A stretch of 64,000 bases of DNA, from NCBI RefSeq assembly GCF_009914755.1, contig NC_060934.1. One strand, written 5' to 3'. This document shows, piece after piece, positions 23,801 to 36,600 of this stretch. The position numbers were made by a program, and so were the translations under genes. This DNA is from the human T2T-CHM13v2.0 reference genome, Homo sapiens. Every line of letters begins with the position of its first letter. The first letter of the stretch is position 1. Under the pieces are notes generated by a model. It did no database searches, had not been told where the DNA came from, and was given only the letters and a program-made list of their open reading frames with translations.

Positions 23801-26800
23801 GTGCTTTTTTGGACTTCATTGAGGCCTTCGTTGGAAACGGGATTTCTTCATATAATGCTAGACAGAAGAATTCTCAGTCACTTCTTTGTGTTGTGTGTAT
23901 TCAAGTCACAGAGTTGAACCTTCCTTTAGACAGAGCAGTTTTGAAAAATTCTTTCTGTGTAATTTGCAAGTGGAGATTTCAAGCGATTTGAGGCTAATCT
24001 TTGAAATGGAAATATCTTCGTGTAAAAACTACACAGAATCATTCTCAGAAACTGCTTTGTCATCTGTGCGTTCAGTTCACAGAGTTTCATCTTTCTCTTC
24101 ATAGAGCAGTTTGGAAAGACTCTGTCTGTAAAGTCTGCAAGTGATTAGTTAGACCCCTTTGAGGCCTTCGTTGGAAGCGGGATTTCTCATTTACTGCTAG
24201 ACAGAAGAATTCTCAGTAAATCCTTTGTGTTGTGTGTATTCAACTCACAGAGTGGAACCTTCCTTTATTCAGAGCAGTTTTGAAACACTCTTTTTGTGGA
24301 ATTTGCAAGTGGAGATTTCAAGCGATTTGACGCCAATCTTAGACATGGAAATATCTTCATATTAAAAGTACACAGAGTCATTCGTAGAAACTAGTTTGTG
24401 ATGTGTGCCTTCAACTCACAGAGTTTAACCTTTCTTTTCATAGAGCAGTTGGGAAACACTCTATTTGTAAAGTCTGCAAGTGGATATTTGGACCTCTTTG
24501 AGGCCTTCGTTGGAAACGGGATTTCTTCATATAACGCTAGACAGAAGAATTCTCAGTAACTTCTTTGTGTTGTGTGTATTCAACTCACAGAGTTGAACCT
24601 TTCTTTAGAGGGAGCAGAGGTGAAACACTCTTTTTGTGGAATTTGCTAGTGTAGATTTCAAACGCTTCGAAGACAGTGATAGAAAAGGATATATCTTCGT
24701 ATTAAAAGTAGACAAAATCATTCTCAGAAAACTCTTTGTGATGTGTGTGTTCAACTCACAGAGTTTAACCTTTCTTTAATCGAGCAGTTTGGAAATACAC
24801 TCTTTGTAAGTCTGCAGGTGGATATTTGGCCCTCTTTGAGCCCTTCGTTGGAAACGGGATTTCCTCATATAATGCTAGACAGAAGAATTCTCAGTAACTT
24901 CTTTGTGTTGTTTGTATTCAACACACAGATTTGAACCTTCCTTTAGAGAGAGCAGATTTGAAACACTCTGTTTTTGGAATTTGCAAGTGCAGATTTCAAG
25001 CGCTTCTAGGCCTATGGCAGAAAAGGAAATATCTTCGTATAAAAACTACACAGAATCATTCTCAACAACTACTTTGTGATGTGTGCGTTCAACTCACAGA
25101 GTTTAACCTTTCTTTTCATAGAGCAGTTTGGAAACACTCTGTTTGTAAAGCCTGCAAGTGCTTTTTTGGACTTCATTGAGGCCTTCGTTGGAAACGGGAT
25201 TTCTTCATATAATGCTAGACAGAAGAATTCTCAGTCACTTCTTTGTGTTGTGTGTATTCAAGTCACAGAGTTGAACCTTCCTTTAGACAGAGCAGTTTTG
25301 AAAAATTCTTTCTGTGGAGTTTGCAAGTGGAGATTTCAAGCGATTTGAGGCTAATCTTTGAAATGGAAATATCTTCGTGTAAAAACTACACAGAATCATT
25401 CTCAGAAACTGCTTTGTCATCTGTGCGTTCAGTTCACAGAGTTTCACCTTTCTCTTCATAGAGCAGTTTGGAAAGACTCTGTCTGTAAAGTCTGCAAGTG
25501 ATTAGTTAGACCCCTTTGAGGCCTTCATTGGAAGCGGGATTTCTCATTTACTGCTAGACAGAAGAATTCTCAGTAAATCCTTTGTGTTGTGTGTATTCAA
25601 CTCACAGAGTGGAACCTTCCTTTATTCAGAGCAGTTTTGAAAAACACTTTTTGTGGAATTTGCAAGTGGAGATTTCAAGCGATTTGACGCCAATCTTAGA
25701 CATGGAAATATCTTCATATTAAAAGTACACAGAGTCATTCGTAGAAACTAGTTTGTGATGTGTGCCTTCAACTCACAGAGTTTAACCTTTCTTTTCATAG
25801 AGCAGTTTGGAAACACTCTATTTGTAAAGTCTGCAAGTGGATATTTGGACCTCTTTGAGGCCTTCGTTGGAAACGGGATTTCTTCATACAACGCTAGACA
25901 GAAGAATTCTCAGTAACTTCTTTGTGTTGTGTGTATTCAACTCACAGAGTTGAACCTTTCTTTAGAGAGAGCAGAGTTGAAACACTCTGTTTTTGGAATT
26001 TGCAACTGCAGATTTCAAGCGATTCTAGGCCTATGGCAGAAAAGGAAATATCTTCGTATAAAAACTACACAGAATCATTCTCAACAACTACTTTGTGATG
26101 TGTGCGTTCAACTCACAGAGTTTAACCTTTCTTTTCATAGAGCAGTTTGGAAACACTCTGTTTGTAAAGCCTGCAAGTGCTTTTTTGGACTTCATTGAGG
26201 CCTTCGTTGGAAACGGGATTTCTTCATATAATGCTAGACAGAAGAATTCTCAGTCACTTCTTTGTGTTGTGTGTATTCAAGCCACAGAGTTGAACCTTCC
26301 TTTAGACAGAGCAGTTTTGAAAAATTCTTTCTGTGTAATTTGCAAGTGGAGATTTCAAGCGATTTGAGGCTAATCTTTGAAATGGAAATATCTTCGTGTA
26401 AAAACTACACAGAATCATTCTCAGAAACTGCTTTGTCATCTGTGCGTTCAGTTCACAGAGTTTCATCTTTCTCTTCATAGAGCAGTTTGGAAAGACTCTG
26501 TCTGTAAAGTCTGCAAGTGATTAGTTAGACCCCTTTGAGGCCTTCGTTGGAAGCGGGATTTCTCATTTACTGCTAGACAGAAGAATTCTCAGTAAATCCT
26601 TTGTGTTGTGTGTATTCAACTCACAGAGTGGAACCTTCCTTTATTCAGAGCAGTTTTGAAACACTCTTTTTGTGGAATTTGCAAGTGGAGATTTCAAGCG
26701 ATTTGACGCCAATCTTAGACATGGAAATATCTTCATATTAAAAGTACACAGAGTCATTCGTAGAAACTAGTTTGTGATGTGTGCCTTCAACTCACAGAGT

Positions 26801-27600
26801 TTAACCTTTCTTTTCATAGAGCAGTTGGGAAACACTCTATTTGTAAAGTCTGCAAGTGGATATTTGGACCTCTTTGAGGCCTTCGTTGGAAACGGGATTT
26901 CTTCATATAACGCTAGACAGAAGAATTCTCAGTAACTTCTTTGTGTTGTGTGTATTCAACTCACAGAGTTGAACCTTTCTTTTGAGGGAGCAGAGGTGAA
27001 ACACTCTTTTTGTGGAATTTGCTAGTGTAGATTTCAAACGCTTCGAAGACAGTGATAGAAAAGGATATATCTTCGTATTAAAAGTAGACAAAATCATTCT
27101 CAGAAAACTCTTTGTGATGTGTGTGTTCAACTCACAGAGTTTAACCTTTCTTTAATCGAGCAGTTTGGAAATACACTCTTTGTAAGTCTGCAGGTGGATA
27201 TTTGGCCCTCTTTGAGCCCTTCGTTGGAAACGGGATTTCCTCATATAATGCTAGACAGAAGAATTCTCAGTAACTTCTTTGTGTTGTTTGTATTCAACAC
27301 ACAGATTTGAACCTTCCTTTAGAGAGAGCAGATTTGAAACACTCTGTTTTTGGAATTTGCAAGTGCAGATTTCAAGCGCTTCTAGGCCTATGGCAGAAAA
27401 GGAAATATCTTCGTATAAAAACTACACAGAATCATTCTCAACAACTACTTTGTGATGTGTGCGTTCAACTCACAGAGTTTAACCTTTCTTTTCATAGAGC
27501 AGTTTGGAAACACTCTGTTTGTAAAGCCTGCAAGTGCTTTTTTGGACTTCATTGAGGCCTTCGTTGGAAACGGGATTTCTTCATATAATGCTAGACAGAA

Positions 27601-30600
27601 GAATTCTCAGTCACTTCTTTGTGTTGTGTGTATTCAAGTCACAGAGTTGAACCTTCCTTTAGACAGAGCAGTTTTGAAAAATTCTTTCTGTGGAGTTTGC
27701 AAGTGGAGATTTCAAGCGATTTGAGGCTAATCTTTGAAATGGAAATATCTTCGTGTAAAAACTACACAGAATCATTCTCAGAAACTGCTTTGTCATCTGT
27801 GCGTTCAGTTCACAGAGTTTCACCTTTCTCTTCATAGAGCAGTTTGGAAAGACTCTGTCTGTAAAGTCTGCAAGTGATTAGTTAGACCCCTTTGAGGCCT
27901 TCATTGGAAGCGGGATTTCTCATTTACTGCTAGACAGAAGAATTCTCAGTAAATCCTTTGTGTTGTGTGTATTCAACTCACAGAGTGGAACCTTCCTTTA
28001 TTCAGAGCAGTTTTGAAAAACACTTTTTGTGGAATTTGCAAGTGGAGATTTCAAGCGATTTGACGCCAATCTTAGACATGGAAATAGCTTCATATTAAAA
28101 GTACACAGAGTAATTCGTAGAAACTAGTTTGTGATGTGTGCCTTCAACTCACAGAGTTTAACCTTTCTTTTCATAGAGCAGTTTGGAAACGCTCTATTTG
28201 TAAAGTCTGCAAGTGGATATTTGGACCTCTTTGAGGCCTTCGTTGGAAACGGGATTTCTTCATACAACGCTAGACAGAAGAATTCTCAGTAACTTCTTTG
28301 TGTTGTGTGTATTCAACTCACAGAGTTGAACCTTTCTTTAGAGAGAGCAGAGTTGAAACACTCTGTTTTTGGAATTTGCAACTGCAGATTTCAAGCGATT
28401 CTAGGCCTATGGCAGAAAAGGAAATATCTTCGTATAAAAACTACACAGAATCATTCTCAACAACTACTTTGTGATGTGTGCGTTCAACTCACAGAGTTTA
28501 ACCTTTCTTTTCATAGAGCAGTTTGGAAACACTCTGTTTGTAAAGCCTGCAAGTGCTTTTTTGGACTTCATTGAGGCCTTCGTTGGAAACGGGATTTCTT
28601 CATATAATGCTAGACAGAAGAATTCTCAGTCACTTCTTTGTGTTGTGTGTATTCAAGTCACAGAGTTGAACCTTCCTTTAGACAGAGCAGTTTTGAAAAA
28701 TTCTTTCTGTGTAATTTGCAAGTGGAGATTTCAAGCGATTTGAGGCTAATCTTTGAAATGGAAATATCTTCGTGTAAAAACTACACAGAATCATTCTCAG
28801 AAACTGCTTTGTCATCTGTGCGTTCAGTTCACAGAGTTTCATCTTTCTCTTCATAGAGCAGTTTGGAAAGACTCTGTCTGTAAAGTCTGCAAGTGATTAG
28901 TTAGACCCCTTTGAGGCCTTCGTTGGAAGCGGGATTTCTCATTTACTGCTAGACAGAAGAATTCTCAGTAAATCCTTTGTGTTGTGTGTATTCAACTCAC
29001 AGAGTGGAACCTTCCTTTATTCAGAGCAGTTTTGAAACACTCTTTTTGTGGAATTTGCAAGTGGAGATTTCAAGCGATTTGACGCCAATCTTAGACATGG
29101 AAATATCTTCATATTAAAAGTACACAGAGTCATTCGTAGAAACTAGTTTGTGATGTGTGCCTTCAACTCACAGAGTTTAACCTTTCTTTTCATAGAGCAG
29201 TTGGGAAACACTCTATTTGTAAAGTCTGCAAGTGGATATTTGGACCTCTTTGAGGCCTTCGTTGGAAACGGGATTTCTTCATATAACGCTAGACAGAAGA
29301 ATTCTCAGTAACTTCTTTGTGTTGTGTGTATTCAACTCACAGAGTTGAACCTTTCTTTAGAGGGAGCAGAGGTGAAACACTCTTTTTGTGGAATTTGCTA
29401 GTGTAGATTTCAAACGCTTCGAAGACAGTGATAGAAAAGGATATATCTTCGTATTAAAAGTAGACAAAATCATTCTCAGAAAACTCTTTGTGATGTGTGT
29501 GTTCAACTCACAGAGTTTAACCTTTCTTTAATCGAGCAGTTTGGAAATACACTCTTTGTAAGTCTGCAGGTGGATATTTGGCCCTCTTTGAGCCCTTCGT
29601 TGGAAACGGGATTTCCTCATATAATGCTAGACAGAAGAATTCTCAGTAACTTCTTTGTGTTGTTTGTATTCAACACACAGATTTGAACCTTCCTTTAGAG
29701 AGAGCAGATTTGAAACACTCTGTTTTTGGAATTTGCAAGTGCAGATTTCAAGCGCTTCTAGGCCTATGGCAGAAAAGGAAATATCTTCGTATAAAAACTA
29801 CACAGAATCATTCTCAACAACTACTTTGTGATGTGTGCGTTCAACTCACAGAGTTTAACCTTTCTTTTCATAGAGCAGTTTGGAAACACTCTGTTTGTAA
29901 AGCCTGCAAGTGCTTTTTTGGACTTCATTGAGGCCTTCGTTGGAAACGGGATTTCTTCATATAATGCTAGACAGAAGAATTCTCAGTCACTTCTTTGTGT
30001 TGTGTGTATTCAAGTCACAGAGTTGAACCTTCCTTTAGACAGAGCAGTTTTGAAAAATTCTTTCTGTGGAGTTTGCAAGTGGAGATTTCAAGCGATTTGA
30101 GGCTAATCTTTGAAATGGAAATATCTTCGTGTAAAAACTACACAGAATCATTCTCAGAAACTGCTTTGTCATCTGTGCGTTCAGTTCACAGAGTTTCACC
30201 TTTCTCTTCATAGAGCAGTTTGGAAAGACTCTGTCTGTAAAGTCTGCAAGTGATTAGTTAGACCCCTTTGAGGCCTTCGTTGGAAGCGGGATTTCTCATT
30301 TACTGCTAGACAGAAGAATTCTCAGTAAATCCTTTGTGTTGTGTGTATTCAACTCACAGAGTGGAACCTTCCTTTATTCAGAGCAGTTTTGAAACACTCT
30401 TTTTGTGGAATTTGCAAGTGGAGATTTCAAGCGATTTGACGCCAATCTTAGACATGGAAATATCTTCATATTAAAAGTACACAGAGTCATTCGTAGAAAC
30501 TAGTTTGTGATGTGTGCCTTCAAATCACAGAGTTTAACCTTTCTTTTCATAGAGCAGTTTGGAAACACTCTATTTGTAAAGTCTGCAAGTGGATATTTGG

Positions 30601-33600
30601 ACCTCTTTGAGGCCTTCGTTGGAAACGGGATTTCTTCATACAACACTAGACAGAAGAATTCTCAGTAACTTCTTTGTGTTGTGTGTATTCAACTCACAGA
30701 GTTGAACCTTTCTTTAGAGAGAGCAGAGTTGAAACACTCTGTTTTTGGAATTTGCAACTGCAGATTTCAAGCGATTCTAGGCCTATGGCAGAAAAGGAAA
30801 TATCTTCGTATAAAAACTACACAGAATCATTCTCAACAACTACTTTGTGATGTGTGCGTTCAACTCACAGAGTTTAACCTTTCTTTTCATAGAGCAGTTT
30901 GGAAACACTCTGTTTGTAAAGCCTGCAAGTGCTTTTTTGGACTTCATTGAGGCCTTCGTTGGAAACGGGATTTCTTCATATAATGCTAGACAGAAGAATT
31001 CTCAGTCACTTCTTTGTGTTGTGTGTATTCAAGCCACAGAGTTGAACCTTCCTTTAGACAGAGCAGTTTTGAAAAATTCTTTCTGTGTAATTTGCAAGTG
31101 GAGATTTCAAGCGATTTGAGGCTAATCTTTGAAATGGAAATATCTTCGTGTAAAAACTACACAGAATCATTCTCAGAAACTGCTTTGTCATCTGTGCGTT
31201 CAGTTCACAGAGTTTCACCTTTCTCTTCATAGAGCAGTTTGGAAAGACTCTGTCTGTAAAGTCTGCAAGTGATTAGTTAGACCCCTTTGAGGCCTTCGTT
31301 GGAAGCGGGATTTCTCATTTACTGCTAGACAGAAGAATTCTCAGTAAATCCTTTGTGTTGTGTGTATTCAACTCACAGAGTGGAACCTTCCTTTATTCAG
31401 AGCAGTTTTGAAACACTCTTTTTGTGGAATTTGCAAGTGGAGATTTCAAGCGATTTGACGCCAATCTTAGACATGGAAATATCTTCATATTAAAAGTACA
31501 CAGAGTCATTCGTAGAAACTAGTTTGTGATGTGTGCCTTCAACTCACAGAGTTTAACCTTTCTTTTCATAGAGCAGTTGGGAAACACTCTATTTGTAAAG
31601 TCTGCAAGTGGATATTTGGACCTCTTTGAGGCCTTCGTTGGAAACGGGATTTCTTCATATAACGCTAGACAGAAGAATTCTCAGTAACTTCTTTGTGTTG
31701 TGTGTATTCAACTCACAGAGTTGAACCTTTCTTTAGAGGGAGCAGAGGTGAAACACTCTTTTTGTGGAATTTGCTAGTGTAGATTTCAAACGCTTCGAAG
31801 ACAGTGATAGAAAAGGATATATCTTCGTATTAAAAGTAGACAAAATCATTCTCAGAAAACTCTTTGTGATGTGTGTGTTCAACTCACAGAGTTTAACCTT
31901 TCTTTAATCGAGCAGTTTGGAAATACACTCTTTGTAAGTCTGCAGGTGGATATTTGGCCCTCTTTGAGCCCTTCGTTGGAAACGGGATTTCCTCATATAA
32001 TGCTAGACAGAAGAATTCTCAGTAACTTCTTTGTGTTGTTTGTATTCAACACACAGATTTGAACCTTCCTTTAGAGAGAGCAGATTTGAAACACTCTGTT
32101 TTTGGAATTTGCAAGTGCAGATTTCAAGCGCTTCTAGGCCTATGGCAGAAAAGGAAATATCTTCGTATAAAAACTACACAGAATCATTCTCAACAACTAC
32201 TTTGTGATGTGTGCGTTCAACTCACAGAGTTTAACCTTTCTTTTCATAGAGCAGTTTGGAAACACTCTGTTTGTAAAGCCTGCAAGTGCTTTTTTGGACT
32301 TCATTGAGGCCTTCGTTGGAAACGGGATTTCTTCATATAATGCTAGACAGAAGAATTCTCAGTCACTTCTTTGTGTTGTGTGTATTCAAGTCACAGAGTT
32401 GAGCCTTCCTTTAGACAGAGCAGTTTTGAAAAATTCTTTCTGTGGAGTTTGCAAGTGGAGATTTCAAGCGATTTGAGGCTAATCTTTGAAATGGAAATAT
32501 CTTCGTGTAAAAACTACACAGAATCATTCTCAGAAACTGCTTTGTCATCTGTGCGTTCAGTTCACAGAGTTTCACCTTTCTCTTCATAGAGCAGTTTGGA
32601 AAGACTCTGTCTGTAAAGTCTGCAAGTGATTAGTTAGACCCCTTTGAGGCCTTCGTTGGAAGCGGGATTTCTCATTTACTGCTAGACAAAAGAATTCTCA
32701 GTAAATCCTTTGTGTTGTGTGTATTCAACTCACAGAGTGGAACCTTCCTTTATTCAGAGCAGTTTTGAAACACTCTTTTTGTGGAATTTGCAAGTGGAGA
32801 TTTCAAGCGATTTGACGCCAATCTTAGACATGGAAATATCTTCATATTAAAAGTACACAGAGTCATTCGTAGAAACTAGTTTGTGATGTGTGCCTTCAAC
32901 TCACAGAGTTTAACCTTTCTTTTCATAGAGCAGTTGGGAAACACTCTATTTGTAAAGTCTGCAAGTGGATATTTGGACCTCTTTGAGGCCTTCGTTGGAA
33001 ACGGGATTTCTTCATATAACGCTAGACAGAAGAATTCTCAGTAACTTCTTTGTGTTGTGTGTATTCAACTCACAGAGTTGAACCTTTCTTTAGAGGGAGC
33101 AGAGGTGAAACACTCTTTTTGTGGAATTTGCTAGTGTAGATTTCAAACGCTTCGAAGACAGTGATAGAAAAGGATATATCTTCGTATTAAAAGTAGACAA
33201 AATCATTCTCAGAAAACTCTTTGTGATGTGTGTGTTCAACTCACAGAGTTTAACCTTTCTTTAATCGAGCAGTTTGGAAATACACTCTTTGTAAGTCTGC
33301 AGGTGGATATTTGGCCCTCTTTGAGCCCTTCGTTGGAAACGGGATTTCCTCATATAATGCTAGACAGAAGAATTCTCAGTAACTTCTTTGTGTTGTTTGT
33401 ATTCAACACACAGATTTGAACCTTCCTTTAGAGAGAGCAGATTTGAAACACTCTGTTTTTGGAATTTGCAAGTGCAGATTTCAAGCGCTTCTAGGCCTAT
33501 GGCAGAAAAGGAAATATCTTCGTATAAAAACTACACAGAATCATTCTCAACAACTACTTTGTGATGTGTGCGTTCAACTCACAGAGTTTAACCTTTCTTT

Positions 33601-36600
33601 TCATAGAGCAGTTTGGAAACACTCTGTTTGTAAAGCCTGCAAGTGCTTTTTTGGACTTCATTGAGGCCTTCGTTGGAAACGGGATTTCTTCATATAATGC
33701 TAGACAGAAGAATTCTCAGTCACTTCTTTGTGTTGTGTGTATTCAAGTCACAGAGTTGAACCTTCCTTTAGACAGAGCAGTTTTGAAAAATTCTTTCTGT
33801 GGAGTTTGCAAGTGGAGATTTCAAGCGATTTGAGGCTAATCTTTGAAATGGAAATATCTTCGTGTAAAAACTACACAGAATCATTCTCAGAAACTGCTTT
33901 GTCATCTGTGCGTTCAGTTCACAGAGTTTCACCTTTCTCTTCATAGAGCAGTTTGGAAAGACTCTGTCTGTAAAGTCTGCAAGTGATTAGTTAGACCCCT
34001 TTGAGGCCTTCATTGGAAGCGGGATTTCTCATTTACTGCTAGACAGAAGAATTCTCAGTAAATCCTTTGTGTTGTGTGTATTCAACTCACAGAGTGGAAC
34101 CTTCCTTTATTCAGAGCAGTTTTGAAAAACACTTTTTGTGGAATTTGCAAGTGGAGATTTCAAGCGATTTGACGCCAATCTTAGACATGGAAATATCTTC
34201 ATATTAAAAGTACACAGAGTCATTCGTAGAAACTAGTTTGTGATGTGTGCCTTCAACTCACAGAGTTTAACCTTTCTTTTCATAGAGCAGTTTGGAAACG
34301 CTGTATTTGTAAAGTCTGCAAGTGGATATTTGGACCTCTTTGAGGCCTTCGTTGGAAACGGGATTTCTTCATACAACGCTAGACAGAAGAATTCTCAGTA
34401 ACTTCTTTGTGTTGTGTGTATTCAACTCACAGAGTTGAACCTTTCTTTAGAGAGAGCAGAGTTGAAACACTCTGTTTTTGGAATTTGCAACTGCAGATTT
34501 CAAGCGATTCTAGGCCTATGGCAGAAAAGGAAATATCTTCGTATAAAAACTACACAGAATCATTCTCAACAACTACTTTGTGATGTGTGCGTTCAACTCA
34601 CAGAGTTTAACCTTTCTTTTCATAGAGCAGTTTGGAAACACTCTGTTTGTAAAGCCTGCAAGTGCTTTTTTGGACTTCATTGAGGCCTTCGTTGGAAACG
34701 GGATTTCTTCATATAATGCTAGACAGAAGAATTCTCAGTCACTTCTTTGTGTTGTGTGTATTCAAGTCACAGAGTTGAACCTTCCTTTAGACAGAGCAGT
34801 TTTGAAAAATTCTTTCTGTGTAATTTGCAAGTGGAGATTTCAAGCGATTTGAGGCTAATCTTTGAAATGGAAATATCTTCGTGTAAAAACTACACAGAAT
34901 CATTCTCAGAAACTGCTTTGTCATCTGTGCGTTCAGTTCACAGAGTTTCATCTTTCTCTTCATAGAGCAGTTTGGAAAGACTCTGTCTGTAAAGTCTGCA
35001 AGTGATTAGTTAGACCCCTTTGAGGCCTTCGTTGGAAGCGGGATTTCTCATTTACTGCTAGACAGAAGAATTCTCAGTAAATCCTTTGTGTTGTGTGTAT
35101 TCAACTCACAGAGTGGAACCTTCCTTTATTCAGAGCAGTTTTGAAACACTCTTTTTGTGGAATTTGCAAGTGGAGATTTCAAGCGATTTGACGCCAATCT
35201 TAGACATGGAAATATCTTCATATTAAAAGTACACAGAGTCATTCGTAGAAACTAGTTTGTGATGTGTGCCTTCAACTCACAGAGTTTAACCTTTCTTTTC
35301 ATAGAGCAGTTGGGAAACACTCTATTTGTAAAGTCTGCAAGTGGATATTTGGACCTCTTTGAGGCCTTCGTTGGAAACGGGATTTCTTCATATAACGCTA
35401 GACAGAAGAATTCTCAGTAACTTCTTTGTGTTGTGTGTATTCAACTCACAGAGTTGAACCTTTCTTTAGAGGGAGCAGAGGTGAAACACTCTTTTTGTGG
35501 AATTTGCTAGTGTAGATTTCAAACGCTTCGAAGACAGTGATAGAAAAGGATATATCTTCGTATTAAAAGTAGACAAAATCATTCTCAGAAAACTCTTTGT
35601 GATGTGTGTGTTCAACTCACAGAGTTTAACCTTTCTTTAATCGAGCAGTTTGGAAATACACTCTTTGTAAGTCTGCAGGTGGATATTTGGCCCTCTTTGA
35701 GCCCTTCGTTGGAAACGGGATTTCCTCATATAATGCTAGACAGAAGAATTCTCAGTAACTTCTTTGTGTTGTTTGTATTCAACACACAGATTTGAACCTT
35801 CCTTTAGAGAGAGCAGATTTGAAACACTCTGTTTTTGGAATTTGCAAGTGCAGATTTCAAGCGCTTCTAGGCCTATGGCAGAAAAGGAAATATCTTCGTA
35901 TAAAAACTACACAGAATCATTCTCAACAACTACTTTGTGATGTGTGCGTTCAACTCACAGAGTTTAACCTTTCTTTTCATAGAGCAGTTTGGAAACACTC
36001 TGTTTGTAAAGCCTGCAAGTGCTTTTTTGGACTTCATTGAGGCCTTCGTTGGAAACGGGATTTCTTCATATAATGCTAGACAGAAGAATTCTCAGTCACT
36101 TCTTTGTGTTGTGTGTATTCAAGTCACAGAGTTGAACCTTCCTTTAGACAGAGCAGTTTTGAAAAATTCTTTCTGTGGAGTTTGCAAGTGGAGATTTCAA
36201 GCGATTTGAGGCTAATCTTTGAAATGGAAATATCTTCGTGTAAAAACTACACAGAATCATTCTCAGAAACTGCTTTGTCATCTGTGCGTTCAGTTCACAG
36301 AGTTTCACCTTTCTCTTCATAGAGCAGTTTGGAAAGACTCTGTCTGTAAAGTCTGCAAGTGATTAGTTAGACCCCTTTGAGGCCTTCGTTGGAAGCGGGA
36401 TTTCTCATTTACTGCTAGACAGAAGAATTCTCAGTAAATCCTTTGTGTTGTGTGTATTCAACTCACAGAGTGGAACCTTCCTTTATTCAGAGCAGTTTTG
36501 AAACACTCTTTTTGTGGAATTTGCAAGTGGAGATTTCAAGCGATTTGACGCCAATCTTAGACATGGAAATATCTTCATATTAAAAGTACACAGAGTCATT

